Source: Candidatus Nezhaarchaeota archaeon
GTDB taxonomy: Archaea > Thermoproteota > Methanomethylicia > Nezhaarchaeales > WYZ-LMO8
Assembly: GCA_030055465.1 (NCBI GenBank)
Contig: JASFYF010000001.1
Location: 163,179-227,178, forward strand
Length of the DNA: 64,000 nucleotides
Direction of reading: 5' to 3'
In this document: one piece after another, positions 29,004-39,385 of the stretch
How positions within the stretch are numbered: position 1 is the stretch's first letter
How the letters are laid out: the number at the start of each line of letters is the position of its first letter
Notes under the pieces: model-generated
Told to the model about the DNA's origin: nothing
Database searches by the model: none
The model's input: the letters and a program-made list of their open reading frames with translations, nothing else
Position numbers and translations under genes: made by a program

Positions 29004-30542
29004 CTAAACGCTCAGGCCCGCCGAGACGGGTGCGAGCACAGCGTTTCCTCCACGACCCCTCTCAAGCCTTCGACCGAGAACGCTGAATCCCACGTATGTG
29101 ACAGCGCAGCCGATGAATGTGGCCCACCACCAGTAACCCCAACCCCACTGGCCCAACGTGTAGACGTAGTAGCCGCCGAGCACCGTCATTGCTAGGCCGT
29201 AGACCATGCAGGCTATTGCCCCGTACTTGTGCGCTCCGCGCCAGTAAAGCGTCGTCGCCAAGGTGAAGATGAATATGCAGCCAAGCCCCGTGGCGGCGCC
29301 GGCCATCAGGTAGGCTAGGAGGGGCGGCGGCTGGGACACCACCCAGAGCAGCGGTATCAGTGCGAACAGCGCTGTTAAGGCCTTGGCAACTATTAGCGTC
29401 CTCCTCTCGCTCATGTTCGGCTTGAGCGTTCTGAGCAGGTCGTTGGTTATGCTTCCAGCCATGACCAGGACCATCCCGGCCAGGGTTGAAAGCGAGGCCG
29501 CGAAGACCGCAGCCATGTAGAGGCCTGAAACCGCAGGCCCAGCCAGCAGCGCAACGTACGGTGCAGCCGCGTCAGCCCTAGCCGGCGTTCCCAGCACGGC
29601 TGTCCCGAAGAGAGCCCTGGCGGCTAAGCCCGTTATGAGGTTAGCCCACGGTATCGATGACGCCACAACCACTGTGAGGGTCATGATCGCTAGGTCCCTT
29701 CTCGTTAGCCTCCTCATCCCCAGGAGCCTGGCAACGTTGTGCGGGAAGCCTATAGCCATGGTAACGAAGAGCCCCAGAGACGCCGTTAAGCCTATGAGGT
29801 CCGCGGCGTACTGGTTGTTAGGTGGGAGGTCGGGCCTCAGAACCATGACCAGCTTCGGGTCTTGCGCCGCGAGCGCCTCGTTAAGGTTCAGGGGGCCTCC
29901 AACCATTGCTAAGGCCATGTAAGCCAGCAGGTAGCACGCGAACACCATCAATACTGCTTGGATGGACAGGGTCCACTGGGTTCCCCTGTAGCCTCCCATG
30001 ATCATATAGGCTATCATTATGACGGCGCTCATCACTATGGACAGGGTCCACGGAGACCCTGTAACGACGTGCCAGGCGGTCGCCGCAGCCTTGTACTGGC
30101 CAACCGAGTACACCAACATGAGGAGCGTGTAGACCACGCTTGCAACGGCCCCCACAAGCCTGCTATCGTAGAGCTTCCCGACGAGCTCCGAAACCGTTGA
30201 GGCGCCCAGCTTCTCCGACATGCCCCTCAGCTTGGGGCCCACCACAACCGCGCACGGTATGATCCCTATGAGGGTCCACACGCCGGCCAGCCATATGCCC
30301 GACCAGCCGAAGGCGTAGGTTATCCCCATCAGGCCCAAGCACGCCCAACCGCTCATCCACGTTGCGCTTATGGCGAGGCCCGTGACCACCGGGCCGAAGT
30401 TCCTGCTGCCGAGAAGCCACGAGGATAGCGTGGAGCCGGCCTTCTTGAGTAGAACGCTCACCGCAACGCATATCCCAAGCATGACTGCGAGCCAAGCAAT
30501 CGCCGAGCACACGTCAAGGCTTGAAGGCGATGGAAGCTCCAT
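29004..30542 (-). CDS. Sodium:solute symporter (SSS family)
   Basis: GSRNFGP, SATWMSGWACLG, GGYRGT, HNVARLL, FAASLSTL; start trimmed to MELPS. Confidence 0.9.
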   Translation of the reverse strand: MELPSPSSLDVCSAIAWLAVMLGICVAVSVLLKKAGSTLSSWLLGSRNFGPVVTGLAISATWMSGWACLGLMGITYAFGWSGIWLAGVWTLIGIIPCAVVVGPKLRGMSEKLGASTVSELVGKLYDSRLVGAVASVVYTLLMLVYSVGQYKAAATAWHVVTGSPWTLSIVMSAVIMIAYMIMGGYRGTQWTLSIQAVLMVFACYLLAYMALAMVGGPLNLNEALAAQDPKLVMVLRPDLPPNNQYAADLIGLTASLGLFVTMAIGFPHNVARLLGMRRLTRRDLAIMTLTVVVASSIPWANLITGLAARALFGTAVLGTPARADAAAPYVALLAGPAVSGLYMAAVFAASLSTLAGMVLVMAGSITNDLLRTLKPNMSERRTLIVAKALTALFALIPLLWVVSQPPPLLAYLMAGAATGLGCIFIFTLATTLYWRGAHKYGAIACMVYGLAMTVLGGYYVYTLGQWGWGYWWWATFIGCAVTYVGFSVLGRRLERGRGGNAVLAPVSAGLSV

Positions 30543-30650
30543 CAACCTGACCACCCCCTGCCCCTGAGGGCTACGCTTAGGACGGCAAGCAAGGCGCTTG
30601 CCACGATGACGGCTAGGAGGCACATCCACGGGGTCAACAGGTCGACGCCC

Positions 30651-31055
30651 TCACCCATCGATGGGCACCTCCGCCATCTCCTTGCTGAGCCTCCTCGACA
30701 CGATGAGCCCAGCGTACGTGAGCAGCACCGGCAGACCCTTCCTGCTTACGTCGCCCGAGAGCAACAGCCCCGCTTCTCTAAGCTTCCTCACGCTCCACTT
30801 CATCGTGGACTCGGGAACGTTCAGCTTGGCCGACAGCTCCCTGACGAGGCTTGAAAGCGTTCGGTCGCCGTTGCCGTTCAAGTACAGCTCGAGTAGAATC
30901 CTCTTCTGGAGGGCGGTTAAGCCCAAAGATGCAAGCTTCGTGAGGGCAAACTCAAGCTCGCGGAGAACGGGATTCTCCCAGTTCAGGTCTTTCCGGTTTG
31001 GTTTATCAACTAGAAGGGTTTTGCGGTTACGCCGTTCCTTCGAAAAGGCAGACAC
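30651..31055 (-). CDS. Winged-helix DNA-binding protein
   Basis: LTALQKRILL...LVRELSAKLNVPESTMKWSVRKLREAGLL...VLLTYAG. Confidence 0.7.
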   Translation of the reverse strand: MSAFSKERRNRKTLLVDKPNRKDLNWENPVLRELEFALTKLASLGLTALQKRILLELYLNGNGDRTLSSLVRELSAKLNVPESTMKWSVRKLREAGLLLSGDVSRKGLPVLLTYAGLIVSRRLSKEMAEVPIDG

Positions 31056-32819
31056 CTGTACTCAAAGCCGTTTCACCGGCACTTACTGCTGGCCAATTGC
31101 TATTTAAGCTTTGAGGGCAACAGGAGTTGACCATCCACATCTCTGCGATGCAGCGGAAATGATGAGGCAATAAGCCGAGTGCAAGCGCCTCTTAAGCTCG
31201 GAGGCAGCAAGCTGCAGCAGATTTAAAGGTTTAGGGCCTTTTAGGAGGGTCTCTGGGATGGTCTTGCCGAGGACGATATTTCACGGCATTCTTCATCAGT
31301 ATTGAGAATTCCCCAGATCGAATTCAGCAACGCCGTAAACTGCGGCCGGCTTTGAAGTTGCCGGCGAGAGCCCATTTGAAGCCTGATTTTAAAGGCGTCA
31401 AAAGTAAAGCTTCTAATTATAAGCATTAGATGTCGTTTTTTAGAGGATGTTAAAATAATGGTATTTTATTATTTTCATGTCTTTTCGTTTAGCCAGCATT
31501 TCATTCTTCTCAATGTTAGCTATTTTATGCTATGCTTATCTTTCTAGCGGCATTAAGGCGCAGTTAATGGTTTCGGCTCATCTCGTAACCGTAGACGCGC
31601 CTGAAGGCGGTGGGAATGCTATTATTATAGAGGTTGTTATTAAGACAAAAACAGGCAACCCACCGAGCTGCTTCTGCGTGTCCCCCCGAGACTAAAGGGT
31701 CGCCTCAATTTTTCAGGTCGTGGAGAAACAACTCCGGCCCCTTGCTAGTTTACGGCGATTTCTCCTCAGGCCTCCGCGTCAACTGCATGGCGAGTGAGCG
31801 GCGCCGCCCTTGATGATGGCAGGGCATGGTGATCGCTTGACTTATTCGAAGAGGGGATGAACCAGCATTCTTCATAGCTAGAATCAGCAGAGGGCTTTAA
31901 GATGATGTGATGAGGAGTCTTCATGACCGGAGAGCCAGCTACAACTGTAGATGAATGGTTGCCGAGGATGGGGTTTGGCGCCCTGCAGCTACATAGCCTT
32001 TGGAACGCGGATTAAGCAACAGCCCTACACGAGGAGGAAGTGCAAGGGAGAATGAGGTTCCCTGAGAATGAACGCTGCTTGCTGCTGCACCGGCTCTCAA
32101 TGTTAGCCATAATGGCCCCGCGGGGTTTGGTGTTCCAGGGCAATTCCAGCGCTAATAAAAAGGAAAGGTTGAAAGGCGCTTTCCACCGCTCCTCCAAGAG
32201 CCTCGAGGTGTTTCGCGCAATGGCTCGCCTTCCAGGGTTCGGGTAGCGCTTACCCCGATTCTTTGGGGGCGCGGCCCTCCATGAAGCTGGAAGCGCCCTC
32301 AGGGGCTTCTAGCTCAAACCGCCTCGTCGAAGGCGAGCTTTCGAAAACGCTTCGGCTCCAAAACAGGCGTTTTTAAGCAGGTTGATGCCCCTTAAAGGGG
32401 TCTGCCCCACCGCCGAGCGCGCCACGTAGCTTATAGTGGCTGCCGCTACCACTGTAGCCCTGCTTCTAACTCGAGAAGGCGCAGGGCTGCCCCTTTAAGG
32501 CCTAGCCGTTGCTGCCTCCACCGTCCCTCTCCAACCCCCATTTTCCTCTTCAACCATCTTCTCGGCTGGTGGCTGATGCTTCGAAGCTGGGGTTGGATGG
32601 CGGATGCCCCGGAACATGTGATGCTGGGCCTAGATGCAGTTGTGGCCTTCAACCTGCCTCCGGCGGCAATGTGAATGGAGGGGGTGGATTTATGATGCGT
32701 TACGGTGAGTTTTGCCCGCTGGAGCCGGGGGGAACTGCGCTTCGGAGGGGACTCCGCGCTCTAATCGACGCTCAGCTGATTATAGCTCATATTCGTTTTA
32801 AAGCTTCATCGTTAATATC

Positions 32820-33430
32820 GTGACAGCATAATTGATAGCTTCAATGTTTTTCTAATTGTTTTGATTCTTAATGGAAATTAAATTATGCTTGTTTTATTAA
32901 TCGTTATAGTATACATGGTTTTTTTTCGTTTTTATGTTTTGCTTATTGGTTGTACTTATCATTGGCTCCATTACGCATATGTTTGGGTGGAGGTCCCCTC
33001 AATCATGTACCTTCATCCCACATGTTTGAGTTATACCCTATCAAACAAGTGCAGCCTCGGATGGTGAAGCCTCAAAACTTAAACATGTATCTAAACAATA
33101 AATTCAAATATAAGAAACAATTGAACAAAATTTTACTTAACGCTTATAAAATAAATTACAATTTTTGATTTTTAAAACAAATATTTTTAAATTAAAAATA
33201 GATTTTCTGTAATTAATTATTAAACTAATAATGATATATTATAAATTTTGATTTTATAAGTTAATTATATTTGATCAATTAAAATAATCTATAAAAGTCT
33301 TAGTACAAAATCGAATATTTAAAACTACAAAATAAACCTTATAGTAGTAATAATGAAAATAACTAAACATTAAATCAGTTAAATTTTTGAATTATATTTG
33401 CTAGACCAAAAAACACTTAATTTGTTGTCC
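32820..33430. other. Very AT-rich non-coding core inside a ~2.9 kb gene-free divergent region
   Basis: Long A/T runs, visibly far lower GC than flanking genes; only short low-complexity ORFs. Confidence 0.85.
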
Positions 33431-34024
33431 AGAAAAATCAAAGCGCTGTTACAGCCAATGGGCATCAGCACCATGCAAGAGGGGCGAGCCCCCATCATCC
33501 ATGGAATTCCACAGATGGCTCCTGCCCCATCCATCAAATGCAGCATCGAGCGTTAATGCTCCATCATGTCTGCCGAGGTCAACTTGGGGCCTTATAGCCG
33601 TTTAGGTTTGCCGGCTCCACCGATGCGCGTGTCCCCTTCCAGTTTGGCTTGAAGCTCTGCCATCGTTGAGCTGGGCGCGAACGAAGATTATTATTAAATA
33701 ATAATAGAGGTCATTAATTCAAGCAATCCGATGGGTTAACAAGCATCTTGGAGCCGCGGGGTAAGCGAAGACACCAAGCCAGCCCCCGCAGGCCCTTCAA
33801 CGGCTTTCCGCTGCGCGACCCCCTACATCGTCGATACGTTTCACCGAGGCCTCTTGCCTATAATAATAACTTTAATATTAATAATACTATGCCTTATTCC
33901 TCTCCAAGAGTTCCTCAAAGCGTGGAGGAGCGCAGCGTAATAACTCTTATAAACTCAACTCCTTGAAACCATGTAGGGGTTTAAGCTTGAAGGCTACGCA
34001 AGGTGGCTCCTGGAGGAGCTTAAC

Positions 34025-35533
34025 TTGAAAACCTGGTGTAAAATGCTACTGGTATTCGCTGCGCTTTTAGCCTTCTCCTTAGCAGCCATGTCTCTAATAC
34101 GCGTGGAGAGCGACTTCGTCGGCGAGAAGCTAATCGATGAGTGGCTTAACCATAGGGGCAGCGAGGGCCTCGACGTTAACTCGACGCCGATGATCCTCGT
34201 GCAGGCGGTGACCCTCTCGCTCTTCCTGCTGGTTGTTGTCGGAACAGCCATGAAGATGGAGTGGAGGGTGAGCTTAGCCGTAATAGGCATAGTTGCCGTC
34301 GTCTTCCTCGCCGTGGCCACACCTCAATCCTTCATCCACAAGGCAATCGAGTGGAACCTAATTCTCTTCCTCATAGGATCCATGACCCTCGCCGGGATAC
34401 TCCGCGAGCTCGGGGTCTTCAGGTTCCTGGCCATCAGCATGGTGAAGGCGAGCAAGGGAAGCGCGTTGACCCTGGTTCTCCTGCTCGTTCTGCTGTCGTT
34501 CGCGACGGCGGCCGTGCTAGACGAGGTCACGAGCATTATATATGTCACGATACTGGTGTTCGAGTTAACGTCGCTCCTCGAGGTGGATGCGAAGCGGCTC
34601 CTAGTGCTCTCCGTGCTGGCCACCAACACCGGCAGCCTAGCCCTGCCCATAGGCAACCCCATAGGCATATACGTCTTCTTCACGACTGAGATGAGCTTCT
34701 CCAGCTACGTGGAGCGCGCTCTGCCGTTAGCGCTCTTCGAGCTCGCCATTCTAATCCTACTCGTCCTGGTGATTGAGAGGGGACACATCGCCGAGCTGGG
34801 TAGAGCCATAAAGGAAAGGAGAGGCCAGCTGGAACTATTCGTAAACCAATACTACAAGGAGGTTGACGAGAGGTACGCCAAGAGGTTGAGGTACGGCATC
34901 ATACTGTTGGCAGCGTTCATAGCGCTGATATCGACAAACGAGCTGGTAAGCCACGCGTTAGCTGAGGCACTACACGTAGACGTCAACGCCCACTGCCTGC
35001 TCGCATTCATACCCTACGTGTTCGTTGCCCTAGGGATACTAGTAGTGCCAGCGGAGGAGATACCGAAGCATTTCGAGAAAAGCGTTGAGTGGCCGGCCCT
35101 CATCTTCTTCATAGGGCTCTTCATACTCGGCCACTCGTTGATGAGCAGTGGAGTTATGATTAAGCTTGCCTACCTCTTCTCTCAGTCCGTAACGTTAATG
35201 CTTCCGCTGCTGCTTTTAAGCAGCACTTACCTAAGCGCCGTGCTCGACAACCTGTCAGTTGTAGTTGCGTTTACGCCTGTGGCTACGCTCATGCACTCAA
35301 TAGGGCTAACCTCCGAGATCATATACTTCGCCATGCTGGCAGGCGGGGTTCTCGGGGGGAACTACACCCCTATAGGGTCCACCGCCAACATCGTCGCCGT
35401 CTCAATAGCTGAGAGGAGGGGGCTATACATGAGCTGGAGGCATTGGCTGAAGCTCTCCACGATAACCACGACGATCCAAGTTCTCGCAGCGCTGGCCTTC
35501 CTCTATGCACTTCAGGTTCTACTTCCGCTATGA
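34025..35533 (+). CDS. ArsB/NhaD (SLC13-like) permease
   Basis: IEWNLILFLIG, AVLDEVT, ATNTGSLALPIGNP, SAVLDN, LGGNYTPIGSTAN. Confidence 0.88.
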   Translation: MKTWCKMLLVFAALLAFSLAAMSLIRVESDFVGEKLIDEWLNHRGSEGLDVNSTPMILVQAVTLSLFLLVVVGTAMKMEWRVSLAVIGIVAVVFLAVATPQSFIHKAIEWNLILFLIGSMTLAGILRELGVFRFLAISMVKASKGSALTLVLLLVLLSFATAAVLDEVTSIIYVTILVFELTSLLEVDAKRLLVLSVLATNTGSLALPIGNPIGIYVFFTTEMSFSSYVERALPLALFELAILILLVLVIERGHIAELGRAIKERRGQLELFVNQYYKEVDERYAKRLRYGIILLAAFIALISTNELVSHALAEALHVDVNAHCLLAFIPYVFVALGILVVPAEEIPKHFEKSVEWPALIFFIGLFILGHSLMSSGVMIKLAYLFSQSVTLMLPLLLLSSTYLSAVLDNLSVVVAFTPVATLMHSIGLTSEIIYFAMLAGGVLGGNYTPIGSTANIVAVSIAERRGLYMSWRHWLKLSTITTTIQVLAALAFLYALQVLLPL

Positions 35534-35608
35534 GCTCAACTGCAGGTTAAGATTTAGGGTGCCAACCTTTAAAGGCCGTGGCCTACATGAGATAATCGGT
35601 GCAGCTCC

Positions 35609-36238
35609 TTGACCTCGGAGTCCAAGGACGATGTAAGGTTGAGGGTGTGGAGGGCCCTAGTTGCCGGCGGCGCCGCCCTTCCCCCCTTCCCGGTGGAGGG
35701 GAGAATACCGAACTTCAAGGGCGCCGGGAAGGCGGCTAAAAAGCTTAGAGACATCAGCAAGTACGTCGATGCCGAAGTTGTTCTCTGCAACCCGGACTCC
35801 CCTCAGAGGCCGGTGAGGGAGGTGGCTTTGATGGACGGCAAAACCCTGGTCGTGGCCACTCCGAGGATGTCGAAGGGGTTCCTCGCGCTTCAGGGACCAG
35901 CCAATCCAGCCTACGCCTCAACCCTTAGGGGACTAATGGAGCTGGGCAAGCCCGTGAAGCCGGGGGACTACGACGTTGACGTCTTCGTGGCCGGCTCGGT
36001 GGCTGTGGGTCTGGACGGGTATAGGCTTGGAAAGGGAACGGGCTACTCCGACGTCGAGTACTCCGCGTGGCTTAAGGCAGGATCTATATCGAGGAATACG
36101 TTGAAGGTCACGACGGTCCACGACCTCCAAGTCGTCGAGCGCGTGCCCCGGGATCCCTGGGACGTGCCGGTGGACCTCATATTGACGCCGACAAGGGTCA
36201 TATGGGCTAAGCATGTGAAGGGTGAACAGCCACATTAA
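35609..36238 (+). CDS. 5-formyltetrahydrofolate cyclo-ligase family protein
   Basis: RIPNFKGA, NPDSPQ, GYRLGKGTGYSD, HDLQV...DVPVDLILTP. Confidence 0.9.
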   Translation: MTSESKDDVRLRVWRALVAGGAALPPFPVEGRIPNFKGAGKAAKKLRDISKYVDAEVVLCNPDSPQRPVREVALMDGKTLVVATPRMSKGFLALQGPANPAYASTLRGLMELGKPVKPGDYDVDVFVAGSVAVGLDGYRLGKGTGYSDVEYSAWLKAGSISRNTLKVTTVHDLQVVERVPRDPWDVPVDLILTPTRVIWAKHVKGEQPH

Positions 36239-36323
36239 AGGCTTGCACCGCTCTGCGAAACGCTCAGCTTATTAATATATAGGCCAGTTGATAGGTAGCT
36301 CTAGGCTTAGCGGTGAATAAGCT

Positions 36324-37121
36324 GTGAGGCGGGACATGCTCGTAGAGGAGATAATGAAGCGAGATTACGCAGTGATCGACACTGATAAGCCGATAACCTA
36401 CGCATTAAAGCTGATGAAGAAGGCCGACGCGGACGGGTTTCTTGTGGCTGAGGGAGAGGGACTCGCAGGCTTGGCCAGCTACTGGGACTTGATGTTGAGG
36501 CTCATGAATGTTAGGGTTAGAGGAGCCGACGCATCCAGCATCTACGTTTCGAGCGTAATGGAACCGGTGAGCGGAGTTTTGAGTCCGAAGTCCAGGGTGG
36601 TGGAGGCAGCCCAGAAGATTGCAGGGGACCCCTTCCACATGATCCCAGTTTTGGAAGGAAAGAAGCTTGTTGGAGTCGTCGAGGCCGTCGACTTGGCTAA
36701 AGCGCTCCTCGAAGACGAGGTGCCAGCCTCAAGCGTATGCTTGAGGAACGCCCCCATAGTTAACGTGTCGGACCGGATCATACATGCAAGGAAGCTCATG
36801 TTGGACTCGGGGCTTCGAAGCCTCGCCGTAGCCAATGAGGATGTGGTCATCGGCGTCGTAAACGACGACCAAGTCGTGGAGGCCTACGTAAACCTGATAC
36901 TCAGGGCACCTGCGGAGAGGCAGAAGGCACAGGTGAAGAGCCTCCTAGTGAGCGATTTGGGGCCGAGGCACGTGAAGGTCGACGTCGACGCGTCCCTCGC
37001 CGAGGTCTCAGAGCTTATGCTGAAAAGCGCGGTTAAGGGCATCCCAATCTTGGAGTCCGCGTCGCTTGCGGGGTTCGTATCCGTGGCGGAGATAGCTAAG
37101 TTCATTGCAGCTCAAGCTTAA
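36324..37121 (+). CDS. Four-CBS-domain protein
   Basis: Repeated CBS patterns (VEEIM, IPVLEGKKLVGVV, IHARKLML, VIGVV). Confidence 0.85.
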   Translation: MRRDMLVEEIMKRDYAVIDTDKPITYALKLMKKADADGFLVAEGEGLAGLASYWDLMLRLMNVRVRGADASSIYVSSVMEPVSGVLSPKSRVVEAAQKIAGDPFHMIPVLEGKKLVGVVEAVDLAKALLEDEVPASSVCLRNAPIVNVSDRIIHARKLMLDSGLRSLAVANEDVVIGVVNDDQVVEAYVNLILRAPAERQKAQVKSLLVSDLGPRHVKVDVDASLAEVSELMLKSAVKGIPILESASLAGFVSVAEIAKFIAAQA

Positions 37122-37382
37122 TAATCTCTCAAAAACCCTAACGCTGAGGCCTAGGACTTGACCCGGCACATCCTTCTTGAACCTCACAATGCACGCCCCG
37201 CTCCTTCCATGTGGCTTCAACACCCTGCCCGAGTACCTGTCCCCGTACCCATCTTCAACCAGAACCTCCTTACCCACAAGCCTCGCCGAGGCGGCGGGGC
37301 TTCCCCCAAACTTAACGATGAGCTCTCTCGCGTGCCTCCTTTTAGGCCTCACCCTGAAGTTCACGATCCTGCCCGTTATCAT
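37008..37382 (-). CDS. rpl35ae: 50S ribosomal protein L35Ae with C-terminal extension overlapping the CBS gene
   Basis: GRIVNFR, LVGKEV, GRVLKPHGRSGACIVRFKKDVPGQVLG. Confidence 0.82.
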   Translation of the reverse strand: MITGRIVNFRVRPKRRHARELIVKFGGSPAASARLVGKEVLVEDGYGDRYSGRVLKPHGRSGACIVRFKKDVPGQVLGLSVRVFERLLSLSCNELSYLRHGYEPRKRRGLQDWDALNRAFQHKL

Positions 37383-37428
37383 GGGTTCATTTCTCCTAGG
37401 CCGACACATGCTCGGGGGGCTTAGAGGT

Positions 37429-39381
37429 ATGGGTTTATCGACTCAGGAGCTCAACGTGGATGTGCTGGTGGTGTGCGAGAAGAACTCCGTCGCTAAGGCC
37501 GTCGCCTCAGCCCTCAGCGGCGGCTCCTACTCCACGATGAGCGTAGCCGGGGTGCAATGCTACAGGTTCCCGGTCGGCGGCCGAGCGTGGGTTGTGATGG
37601 GCCTACGAGGGCACTTAATGGACTTCAACTTCGAGGGCAAACTCAACAGCTGGAGCTCGGTGAACCCCAAGGAACTCTTCAAGGCTCAACCCGTAAGGTT
37701 AGTTCGAAAGGAAGGAGTGCAGTACATGGAAGCCTTAAAGGCGCTGGGGAGGGGGGCTGAGGAGGTTGTCCTGGCTCTGGACGCCGATGTCGAGGGCGAG
37801 GGAATAGCATTCGAGGTCATCGAAGTCGTGAAGTCTATTAACCCCTACGCCGAGTTCAAGAGGGCTTGGTTTTCAAGCATTGATAGGGATGAACTGATAG
37901 CAGCGTTCAACAACTTGAGGAGCCCCAACAGGCTGCTCGCCGAAAAGTGCTTCGCCAGATCTATAATCGACCTAACTGTCGGAGCCTCCTTCACGAGGCT
38001 TCTAACGCTAAGCGTCAAGGCTGTTAAGCCCGCAGCGCTCCCCAAGGGGCGTTTCATAAGCTACGGCCCATGCCAGAGCCCAACCCTTTACTTCGTGGTG
38101 CAGAGGGCGCTGGAGAGGGAGGCCTTCCAAAGTCAGAAGTTCTATAGGGTTGTGGCCAAGCTTAAGGTCGACGGCAGGGTTATCGAGGCCGAGCACGCCA
38201 AGGGCAGGTTCAGCTCCAGGGAGGATGCCGAGAAGGCCAAGGTTAAAGCCGATGCGGCTAAGACGGCGGAGGTTGCGGAGGTCAAGGGATCAAAGACGAG
38301 GAGGGCTCCGCCCAAACCCCTCGACACGATAGAGCTTGAAAGCCTAGCAAGCAGGCACCTGAACATGAGGGCTAAGAGGGCCCTGGATTTAGCCGAGGAG
38401 CTTTACAGGAGGGGCTTCATAAGCTATCCCAGAACCGAAACGCAGGTTTACCCTCCATCAATATACGAGAGGCTTAAGGCATTCGCAGCCCACCCGGACC
38501 TCGGCCAATACGTGAGGGGGCTGCTCAAGTTGGGGGCTAAACCAACGTCGGGGCCTAAGGATGATAAGGCCCACCCGCCGATACACCCGGTGAAGGCCGC
38601 TTCAAGGATTGAAGTTGAAGGAGCCTTGGGGAGAGACGCGTGGAGGCTCTACGAGCTCGTGGCTAGACACTTCATAGCGACTTTCAGCCAGCCGGCGCAA
38701 CTTGAAAGCCGAAGGCACGTGTTCAACGTGGGCGGGGAAAAGTTCACTTTCACAACGCTTGAGGTTGCGGAGAAGGGTTTCCTGGCTGTGTACCCCTACG
38801 ATCAACCTAGGGAGGTGGCCCACCTCAACGTGAAACCCGGCGACGTGCTCCCAGTCCTCGCAGTCGAGGTGAGGGAGGGCGAAACAGAGCCTCCACCATT
38901 CGTATCGGAGAGCGAGCTGCTAAAGCTCATGGAGAAGTGGGGTATCGGAACCGACGCGACCATGCAGGACCACATACAGACCAACATTGATAGGGGCTAC
39001 ATGTACATAGAGGCTAAGAGGTGCATTCCCACAGAACTTGGAAGGCAGCTGATAGTGCAGCTCGAAAAACACGTACCCGAAGTCGTGAGGCCCGAGGTTA
39101 GAGGAATGATGGAGAGGCAGCTGGCCAGAATAGCGTCGGGAGAGGAGGGCATGGAGTCCGTGATCTCCAAGGCTAAGGAGTACTTCCTGGCACAATACGA
39201 GAAGTTGGAGAAGAGCATTGACGAGGTGGCCAAAGAGGTGGCCGACGTCGCCTCTAAGAGCATCGCGGAGGTGGAGGGCAGAAAGAGGGCAGGGAGAAGG
39301 GGCTTCGGGAAGCCGAAGAAGAAGGGCTTCAGGAACACCGGGTTTTGGAGGAGGCCCACCCCGCCTAGCAGGCCACCTTAA
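37429..39381 (+). CDS. topA: Type IA DNA topoisomerase
   Basis: TOPRIM VCEKNSVA/GHL/ALDADVEGE, SYGPCQSP, catalytic GFISYPRTET, GIGTDAT; start trimmed from 37177. Confidence 0.95.
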   Translation: MGLSTQELNVDVLVVCEKNSVAKAVASALSGGSYSTMSVAGVQCYRFPVGGRAWVVMGLRGHLMDFNFEGKLNSWSSVNPKELFKAQPVRLVRKEGVQYMEALKALGRGAEEVVLALDADVEGEGIAFEVIEVVKSINPYAEFKRAWFSSIDRDELIAAFNNLRSPNRLLAEKCFARSIIDLTVGASFTRLLTLSVKAVKPAALPKGRFISYGPCQSPTLYFVVQRALEREAFQSQKFYRVVAKLKVDGRVIEAEHAKGRFSSREDAEKAKVKADAAKTAEVAEVKGSKTRRAPPKPLDTIELESLASRHLNMRAKRALDLAEELYRRGFISYPRTETQVYPPSIYERLKAFAAHPDLGQYVRGLLKLGAKPTSGPKDDKAHPPIHPVKAASRIEVEGALGRDAWRLYELVARHFIATFSQPAQLESRRHVFNVGGEKFTFTTLEVAEKGFLAVYPYDQPREVAHLNVKPGDVLPVLAVEVREGETEPPPFVSESELLKLMEKWGIGTDATMQDHIQTNIDRGYMYIEAKRCIPTELGRQLIVQLEKHVPEVVRPEVRGMMERQLARIASGEEGMESVISKAKEYFLAQYEKLEKSIDEVAKEVADVASKSIAEVEGRKRAGRRGFGKPKKKGFRNTGFWRRPTPPSRPP

Positions 39382-39385
39382 GACT

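Noticed and set aside
31159-31920. C/D-box sRNA candidates at TGATGA words (31159, 31907)
   Set aside because: No properly spaced CTGA D box or C' box
32100-33650. ORB boxes for an oriC call
   Set aside because: Scattered TTCCA(G/C) words lack the GAAA and G-string parts and are not regularly arranged; no cdc6 nearby
37177-37428. N-terminal extension of topA
   Set aside because: Antisense to rpl35ae; the TOPRIM domain starts after ATG 37429
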